DNA from: Eledone cirrhosa
Taxonomy: Eukaryota
NCBI GenBank assembly: GCA_964016885.1
Contig: OZ024741.1
Span: 120,776,001-120,840,000, forward strand
Reading direction: 5' to 3'
DNA: 64,000 nt
Positions 55,605 through 64,000 of this stretch are shown here, piece by piece. Made by a program: the position numbers and the translations under genes. Position 1 is the stretch's first letter. Each line of letters opens with the position of its first letter. The notes beneath the pieces are model-generated. The model saw nothing but the letters and a program-made list of their open reading frames with translations, made no database searches and was not told the DNA's origin.

Positions 55605-56040
55605 AAGGATTGAAGAATAACATGGACCAGCTATATATTAGGGTTTATTCCAAGTATTAACAAACGTTTCATTGGTCCGGTGTGTCTAAAAATCACTATC
55701 TGTAGTGCTACTTTGACAATCGATTTTAAGTACAGTTACCACCAACAAAAATGTCAAAATGCTAGTTCGGTACTGTTGGTTCAACGCATTTATACCGGGG
55801 TGTACAGATAATGACATGAAAAATAACATGAACTCAGATCATAAAGGGAGGTTACTCTATGTTTCAAAACATGGCGTCCGACCCTCTACCGATACTGCCA
55901 ATCCACTGCCTTGGATAATAAAATAATAAACAATCATCTTGTTGAGTCAAACGATGCCAAATGTTAGAACCATCCACGGTACAGATTACTCATAACCTCT
56001 ACTTGGATTACCTTAAACAATACCTCGTTTACTTATATAT
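55600..56040. mobile_element. Degenerate Penelope-like pLTR fragments
   Basis: 55605-55680 is homologous to 57290-57360; 55930-56040 is the inverted homolog of 57115-57225. Confidence 0.6.
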
Positions 56041-57114
56041 AATGTGGTTGGCATTACAAAGGGCATCCAGCTGTAGAAACCAAGCCTGAAACAGCTCTGT
56101 ATGAGCAAGACACAGTCATCTGACCCAACTTGCCTCAAATGGGAAAACTTGTCTAACCCATGCTAGCGTGGAAAAATAGATGTTAAACGGTGATGATGAT
56201 GATGGTAATGTGTGTGTGTTTACAGTTTGATAAAAAGAATTTAGTAAAATAACTACTAGAAAACAAAGGTTCTGGGGTTGATATGATCAACTAAGGTCCT
56301 TCAGAATGATGCCCCTACATGGCTGCTGTCTCATGACTGACACCAGTAAAAGAAGAGTGTGTGTGTTACCTGAAGGATTACATCTCGTGAGAAACTCTGG
56401 ATAGAGTCAAATGAATCTTCCAGCTTCATATACACATATATATATGTTAATTTTTGTGCAGGTGGTGTCCCTGGGAATATCCACCCCCTCTCTATCATTA
56501 TTCTTTCTTTTACAAGTTTCAATCTGCTACTTATCTTATTGACCCCCTTTTTGTTGAACTGCTAAATTATGGGACATAAACACAAACAGACACAATCATA
56601 AACAAACACAAACATTGACAGGCATACATGCACACACACATACATACATCATCATTATCTTGATCACGTAACATCCATACATATTTATAACACTGTAAAT
56701 GTGGTTGGTGTTAGGAAGAGCATCCAGTGATAGAAACCAAGCCAAAATCAGTTCTGTATGAGCCGTGGTCATCTGACCTAACTTATCTCACAATGAGATA
56801 ACTTGTCTAACCCATGCTAGCATGGAAAAATGGACATAAAAAAAGAATTTTGGAAAATATTCTTACACTTTCAGATGCGAGCCTGCATGTTAAAACATAT
56901 CTCAGGGGCTTCCGATTCCAGAGTCAGGTTCGATCATTAATAGATCATTTCCCGAGCTGATCGACAGTGAAACATGTAATAAATATGTATATGATGCAAC
57001 ACTGATTCTTTGTTCCTTTATATCTTAATACTATTGATACTCTGCTCCCCAAGAGCATCGAGTGCTCACCTGGCATACTGCCTATGGATGCAATTAATCT
57101 GCACCATAACACAT

Positions 57115-58467
57115 ATATATATGGGATAACAAATTATCGTTATAGGTAATCCAGTTAGAGGTTGTGAGTACTCTGTATTGTGGATAGTTTTAACATACGG
57201 CATTGTTTGACTCAACAAGAGGTTTCCTTAGTTAGGTAGTGAGTTTACGAGAATTCCTATGCGTGTTATTCTTGGAGTAATAATAGTGAAAGAGTGAAGA
57301 ATAACATGGTCGGCTGTACAAAAAGGGTTTTATTTACAGTATTAACAATTGTTTCATTGATTAGGATGTCTAAAGATTGCTAATCACTTGCAGTTGTGTC
57401 ATTCAATCTTAAATACAATGTATGCCTAATCAAATCATCAGAATAACTGACAAAATTACACACAGCATTTGTAATATACTATGGAGAATTCAAATAACAA
57501 CATCAATAATAAAGAAATAAAAATAAAAAAGAAAAAGAAAAAATAATAATAAATAAGTTAGAATGAAGATGATAAAAAATAATAAAAAAAAAATATATAT
57601 ATGTGAAAAAAATGAACATAATATGATTGTTGAAAATAGTGGTGGTGGTGGTGGTTAAAGTTATAGTGGTATGAAGATGTGATGAGGGTATAAATACTAT
57701 TAATATGAAAATATTAAATATATACATATGTATTGGTTAAATCACAGAGGGTTAGAGTAGGAAGAAAGAATATAATGATAAATAATATATAAAAGATAAA
57801 TTAATAAATTAGAAGTTAGGTAAGAGGTGAAGAGATACATGATAGAATATAAGGGAAGAGGTGAAATAGCTTTAGGGAGAGGGAGTGAAAGAAAGGTTAG
57901 GAGATTAATGATGTTGATTTAGTGATTAGTTGGTCTATTGACAGTTAATAATAGTGGGTTGGTAAGTAGTTAATATAATTGTTTCTACTTTTGGCACAAG
58001 GCCGGCAATTAACCAGTACATTACTGGTACTTTATTTTATCGACCCCATAAGGATGAAAGGCAAAGTTAACCTCGGCGAGATTTGAACTCAGAATGGCAA
58101 GGGCCGTAACTCTATGCGTCAAAGCATGGCAATAGACTCTGAGTGGTTCAGCTTGAATTATGGAATTGTTGGATCGAATCATGTTGGTTTGAAATTTGCG
58201 AATTTAGTAGCTGCTTTGTGCCTACAGAAAATTGATCGTTCTATTTTGCTGTTAAGCAGCATTTTATCACACTTTAAAATATGGAACAGCTCCATATTGC
58301 AAAGTCCGCAGTGGGACATTCCATTACTCTAGGCCTTTGCTCCCGATAATTTCGACCAGCTAATCCTGTATTCTTGGTTTGTATCCTTAAGCTGCCAGTT
58401 TTTATTGGCCAGCGTTGTTGTGTTCTCTAGTCTACAGTTCTTCATAGAATGTCTGTGAACATACCAT

Positions 58468-58470
<3 letters not shown>
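57115..58470 (-). mobile_element. Penelope-like element 3' part (GIY-YIG C-terminus, pyrimidine-rich UTR, hammerhead), SINE inserted at ~57975-58135
   Basis: RWYVHRHSM...TTLANKNWQLK...YRISW...CGLCNME...LLNSKIE...CRHK on minus strand 58177-58470 (one stop, one frameshift). Confidence 0.8.
57337..57449 (-). ncRNA. Type I hammerhead ribozyme with extended stem II
   Basis: CAGUUAUU-CUGAUGA-U-UUGAUUAGG...CCUAAUCAA-U-GAAA-CAAUUG-UU-AAUACUG; palindromic stem III. Confidence 0.8.
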
Positions 58471-58547
<77 letters not shown>

Positions 58548-59059
58548 ATATATACACACACATATATAACTGCTTCTACAGTTTCCATCTACCAAATTCC
58601 ACTCAAATAGTATTGGTCAACCAGAAGGTGCCATGCAGTGGGACTGAACTCCTTAACCACTCATCCATGCCTATATATATATATAATATTGTTTTACATT
58701 TTTTTCATGCCTGCATGGGTGGGATGGCTTTACTAGTTGCTCTTCCTGCTGCTAAGCATTCAACCAGAAACATCGGAGTGGTGTATGGGTGTTTTGTGTT
58801 CAGTCAAGCAAACTTGAGCAAGCAGACTTTTACTTAAGAGATGAATGACACAATAATAATAAGATGTGAACTTATGACCAACATGTGTCTGTGTGTGTGA
58901 GTGTTTGTGTGAGATGAGAGAGAGTGTGTGTGTGTATCAGGTTGTTCTGAAATGAAAGGTTTTTAAACATTAACTTTAAAAGGACATATCTCACTCCAGA
59001 ACAGACTGTTGATCTAAATAAAAACCATTAGAATCTAACATTTTTTTACCAACCAGATA

Positions 59060-59330
59060 GAGGTTTATTTCAGTAACATGGAATTTTAAAGTGCTGAAGG
59101 TGATGAATGTTTTAAAGGCATTTTTTTGTAGCTGTTTGTTTGTTGAAGAGGTTTCCTTCCAAGAAGTTGTCGAAATGCCTTAAAGTGGTAGTTAGTTGGT
59201 GAAGGGTCCAGTGAGTATGCTGGATGAGGCAGTCTTGTAGCCCAATTTGTTCAACTTCTGGAGTGTTGGTTGTGCGATGTGTGGTCGACCATTGTTATGC
59301 AAGAGGATTGGACCTTTTCTATTGACCAAA
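59060..59330 (-). mobile_element. mariner transposase relic (Hsmar1/cecropia-like C-terminus)
   Basis: LVNRKGPILLHNNGRPHIAQPTLQKLNKLGY...LPHPAYSLDPSPTNYH...HFDNFL. Confidence 0.8.
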
Positions 59331-59334
59331 TGTA

Positions 59335-59530
59335 AGTGGCTGAGCATTCCACAGATACATGCAGCTTTCAATATATGACAAGGCTGGCCCTTTTCAATTA
59401 CAGGTACAACTCATTTTTGCTAACTCAGTGGACTGAAACAATGTGAAATAAAGTGTCTTGCTCAAGGACACAACTCGCTGCAGGAAATTAAACTCACAGT
59501 TGTGAGTCCAAACACCCTTAATTACCAAGC
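59335..59530 (-). mobile_element. tRNA/CORE SINE
   Basis: Inverted homolog of 59860-60085. Confidence 0.85.
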
Positions 59531-59557
59531 CTAGTTATATATATATTTTTTTTCAGG

Positions 59558-59656
59558 TGCAAAAAGTAGTACTTGATGCAAAAAGTAGTACTTGATGCAA
59601 AAAGTAGTACTTGATGCAAAAAGTAGTACTTGATGCAAAAAGTAGTACTTGATGCA
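59558..59656 (+). repeat. Five perfect 19-bp tandem repeats TGCAAAAAGTAGTACTTGA
   Basis: Direct inspection. Confidence 0.97.
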
Positions 59657-59859
59657 TGATGAAATGCAGAGTAAGTATAGTGTAGAAGTATACACTATAT
59701 ATATATTCATTTATATTAAGGCTAAAAAGTGAGTCTTGTTACTCTGGAGTTTCTCCTGTTTTATCATAGGGTCATTAGACAAGAACTAACATTTCAAATG
59801 CAGGCACAGTATAAATAAGGAAGATTTAGAGTGGAAGGAGGCGGCAGTGGCAGCGGCGA

Positions 59860-60085
59860 AGTCACATGGCTTAGCGGTTAAGAGTGTTTGGACTCACAAT
59901 TGTGAGTTCAATTTCCTGCAGCGAGTTGTGTCCTTGAGCAAGACACTTTATTTCACATTGCTCCAGTCCACTGAGTTAGCAAAAATGAGTTATTCCCATA
60001 ATTGAAAGAGCCAGCCTTGCCATACTCTGTCATGCTAAATCTCACTGAGAAATACATTAAAGCTGCATGTATCTGTAGAATGCTT
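59860..60085 (+). mobile_element. tRNA/CORE SINE
   Basis: Head GGCTTAGCGGTTAAG, core CTTGAGCAAGACACTTTATTTCAC. Confidence 0.85.
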
Positions 60086-60634
60086 AAACAAAACCGCATT
60101 AGCAAGGCATTCTTGAAAATATAAAGCAGCATTAAGATTGCATCACATAAATATATTTTCATCTAAAAACCTTCCAACATAATTTTATGTAAAGAACTTT
60201 TATGTTCCAAAGACCAGCTTAACTATTTGATACCAAACCACCTGAAATCACCCCTGGTTTTATGATTCCAAACTGGTTTAAAGAGTTTATATTTATCTAA
60301 AACTCTTCCAATCATAAATGTAAGAATCTTTGTTAAGTTATGTTTCAAACGTCAGCTTAATAATTGGAAAGTTGGTTTATATTACTAAATATTTCCAAAT
60401 TCTAGGTAGTGTCTTTTGTCTTTCATGAGAAATATGGTAAAAAAAGGGATTTAAAGGTTTATAAAGAAATAACCCTTCCATTGTAAATTTTATGTAAGAA
60501 TCCACATTAAGTTATGTTCCAAACACTAGTTTAATAATGAGCATTAGGAACAGCATTTGGTCATAGAAAAACAAAATGGTTGAAAATAGTCTCAGCCAAG
60601 CCATGTCATCATTGAAGAACAAATATAAAAAAAA

Positions 60635-60850
60635 ATGATGATGATTGTGGTGGTGGTGATGATGATGATGAGTGTGGTGGTGATAGTGGTGATGAAGATG
60701 ATTGTGACGATGATGGTGGTGATGGTTGTGATGATGGTGAAGAGGATTATGAAGGTGATGGTAATGATGATGGTGGTGGTGGTGATGATGAGGGTGGTGA
60801 TAGTGGTGATGAAGATGATTGTTGTGATGATGATGGTGGTGGTGATAAGT
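60635..60850. repeat. Degenerate (TGA/TGG)n trinucleotide repeat
   Basis: Direct inspection. Confidence 0.95.
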
Positions 60851-60919
60851 ATTTATGATGCTTGAACTACAATTCAATAGACTCAATTTAAGTGGGAGTA
60901 TGTCAAGGAACCTTAAGGA

Positions 60920-61510
60920 TAAGTGAATATGACAATGATATTTTAATGAAAGGTAGGGGATATGACAATAATCTTTTATGAAAGGGACAGGGATATTGTA
61001 CCTATTATATTGATTGGTTGATGAAAGAGGAGGGAACAATACAATGATCTTTTGATAAAGGGGCAGGGACCTTTGAATGAAAGGATTGGATATGGCAATG
61101 ATCTTTTAATGAAAGGAGGAAAAGTGGGAGGGGCTACAAAAATTATCTTTCGATGAAGTGGGAAGGGGATATGACAATAATCTCTTAATGAAGTGGTAGG
61201 AGCTATAAAAATTATCTTTTGATGAAGGGTGCAGAGGATATAACAATGATGTTTTGATGAAGAAAGGAGGGAATAGTTTAATGAAGTGGGAAGGACTATA
61301 AAATTGATCTTTTGATGAAGGGTGAAGGGAATATGACAAAGAGTTTTAGATGAAAGGGGCTGTAGTTATTACAATGAAGGGGGAGGAGATATTACAATAA
61401 AGAGGTAGGCTATATTACAATGAAGTGGGAAGAGATATTACATTGATCTTTTAATGAAGAGACAAGGGATGTTATGAAGAGTGGAGGGGGAGGGGGCATA
61501 TTACACTGCT
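60920..61510. repeat. Degenerate ~30-33-bp minisatellite (GATATGACAATAATCTTTTAATGAAAGGG-like)
   Basis: ACAAT...TCTTT.(A/G)ATGAA recurs many times. Confidence 0.75.
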
Positions 61511-61969
61511 CTTTCAACCCTTTTGTTAACATATTTCTAATGAAAGACATTGCCAATGATTTTCAAGTAATTTTGAAAATAAGAATCTGAAGGAATTTAG
61601 TAATTTAGCTAACTTTCTAATTATTAAACTGCTGTTTGAAACATAACTTACAAAGGTTCTTACATAAAATTATGATGGAAGTTTTTACATAAATATATAC
61701 AATTTTGTATAGTAAAATGAGGGGTAGTTTCAGGTGGTTTGGTATCATGGGGAGGGGCTATTATAACAGTAATCTTTTAATGAAAGGTGCAGGGGCAATT
61801 GTAGTGATCTTTTAAGTGATATTGTTGACATTTCCACTTCACAGGTGTAATATCTGTTTATCTATTTCCCATTGATCATTGTCAAGAAATCATTTGATAT
61901 TTGGTGACATTTTCATGGCTGTCTTCTCTGTCTTTCTAAATATTACCCCCCCCCCCCCTCCTATTGTTA

Positions 61970-62740
61970 ATGCAGTGTGGCTGAATGGTTAAGAAGTTCA
62001 CTTTGCAATTATTGGGACCTGGGTTTGATTCCACTTCATTTATCACAGCCTCAGGTTAAAGGCATGTGGCCTAGTGCTAAGGGTGTTGGACTTACGATCG
62101 TAATGTTTTGGGTTCGATTCCTGGGGTGGGTTGCATATTGTGTTCTTGAGCAAAACACTTCATTTCACATTACCCCAGTATACTCAGCTGAAAATGAGTA
62201 CCAGCAATAGCTGGGGGTTTAACCCTGCGATGTACTGGCGTCCCGCCCAGCAGGGAGTCTTGTACTCTCAGTTGCTTCATGCCATGAAACCAGAATAAGC
62301 ACCGGCTCAGCGCACTGCTTGCAGTGCATGAGGGCATGTATGCAGGTTGACCCATGCTATGCGAGTGATATAGGGTAGATGGGAAATTGCTTGGAAGCCC
62401 ATTGGAAGGACTGTATTTATAATTCAAAGGGCCAGCCTTGTCACACACTATGTTATGTTGAATCTCCCTGAGAATTAGCTTAAGGGTTTGTGTTTGTGGA
62501 ATGCTCAGCCATTTACACCTTAATTTCATGAACAGGGGAAGTTTGTCAGATGGACTCTGCACCTGTGATTCAAAGGGCCAACTTTGTCACACACACTGTC
62601 ATGTTGAATCTCCATGTGAATTAGCTTAAGAGTTCATGTGTTTGTGGAATGCTCAGCCATATACACGTTAATTTCATGAGTAGGCCGTACTGTTGATGGA
62701 ATAATTAGAACACTCATTATTGAAACTGATGGAGGACCAT
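61970..62740 (+). mobile_element. Nested cluster of tRNA-derived SINEs
   Basis: Heads at ~61975 and ~62060; internal ~130-bp duplication at 62420-62680. Confidence 0.75.
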
Positions 62741-62869
62741 TCCTGTCTTCTACCTCGTTTATCATTGTCATCATCATGATCGTCATTTTATGTCCACTTT
62801 TCATGCTGGAATAGGTTGGACAGGGGGTGGTGGCACTGTCTGAAACCAGGTGAGTCAGATCACTTCATT

Positions 62870-64000
62870 TTCCTCTTCACTCACTTATTCCTGAGAGGGT
62901 CATGGGAGCAGAGTCTTTAAACACTCCTTCCAGTGGGTCCTGTAAGAAGCAACTGTCTCCAATTGATTCAGCTGGATCCCCAAATAGGACCAGCTGAGCT
63001 CTTGGGTGTTATCTAACTATCTTGCTCGGGGTCTGCCCCTGGGTCTCCTGCTAGCTGGTTTTGCCCGTAAAATCTGTCCAGTGATTCTTTCCTGAGACAT
63101 TCTAACCACATGCCTGTCATATTGGCGCTTTGAATTCTCAATTCAAAGAAGTAGCGGCTCTACCTAGAGCAACTATCTGATCTCCGAGTTATGCACTCTA
63201 TCAATTAATGTTACTCCAAAGACCCTTCGGAGGAACCCCCCATTTTGGCCGCTTGTATTCGCGATCATATTCTTTTGGTCATTACCCAAATTCATTACCA
63301 TAAGTATGGGTTGGCAAGAATAGCGAGTTTGACTTTTACACCTGCCTCCCCTTTTATGATTACTGAATGCTGAAGCTGGTGCATTACTGCACCAGCTCCT
63401 GCAATTCTTGCACTCAGTTCAGCCTCCTGCCTTTCATCACTCATGAACATGGCCTTTAGATACTTGAACTTCTCCACCTGCTTCAGTGGAACCCCATTCA
63501 GAGTTAGAGTGCACTGTGCAGGCTTCCTTGAGAGGATTACTGTCTCAGTTTTTGCTGCACCGATTTTCATTATAGCCATACAGCACTCGGCATCAAATCT
63601 ATCAAGTGCATATCAAAGATCACTTTCTGTCAAGTTAAATAACACCATGCCGTCTGCAAATTCCAGCCGAGTGATTTTACACCTGTGAGTTGTACCACTT
63701 TTAACCTGGCTGTGCATATCAATACTGTTCATGAAAATAATGAACAGGAGAGGTGATAGTACGTACCCTTGGCGGAGTCCAACACTCACATTGAATGGCT
63801 TCAGTTCAGCACCATTTATCTGAACACAAATATTTGGGCATTCACATAGAGAGATCAGGGCAACAAGAAGATGACCATCGATCTCATATTCCTGCAGCAC
63901 CTTTCACAACAGGTTCTGTAGAACATGGTCATATGCCTTTTTGAGGTCTACAAAGTAAGAATACATCTCTTGGCAGTACTCTTACAATTCCTCTAAGACC
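62870..64000 (-). mobile_element. Degenerate Rex3/Expander-like RTE (no PHD), continues off the window end
   Basis: FVDLKKAYD, GLRQGYVLSP, EFADG, KTETVILSRK...LKQVEKFKYL. Confidence 0.88.

Noticed and set aside
56950-56985. Possible further hammerhead (GAAACATGTA...AATAAA)
   Set aside because: Palindromic stem III present, but no convincing CUGANGA core with stems I and II
59558-59656. CRISPR-like array
   Set aside because: Head-to-tail repeats with no spacers, no cas genes, eukaryotic context
60512-61039. His-rich protein ORF
   Set aside because: Arises from degenerate (CAT/CAC)n repeat; no splice or homology support

Overview
Eukaryotic, AT-rich, repeat-dominated DNA. The mix of RTE LINEs with (TGA)n tails, tRNA/CORE-type SINEs and very long TA/TG microsatellites suggests a coleoid cephalopod such as Octopus; this is inferred, not proven. 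About 13 copies of PHD-finger-containing RTE-clade LINEs from at least three families are present. One is nearly full length (APE+RT) and the rest are 5'-truncated; almost all sit in (TA)n tracts. Also present: Penelope-like fragments carrying minimal hammerhead ribozymes, CR1, Rex3/Expander-like and CRE-like LINE relics, two mariner/Tc1 relics, several MITEs, minisatellites, and the probable first coding exon of a host gene (44836-44887, +). The most striking pattern is the recurrence of head-to-head pairs of 5'-truncated retro-copies (RTE/RTE, Penelope/RTE, Penelope/Penelope, SINE/SINE) whose 3' ends point outward into (TA)n. This suggests two-ended cDNA patching of breaks at TA microsatellites. 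Element boundaries were read by eye and may be off by a few bases.
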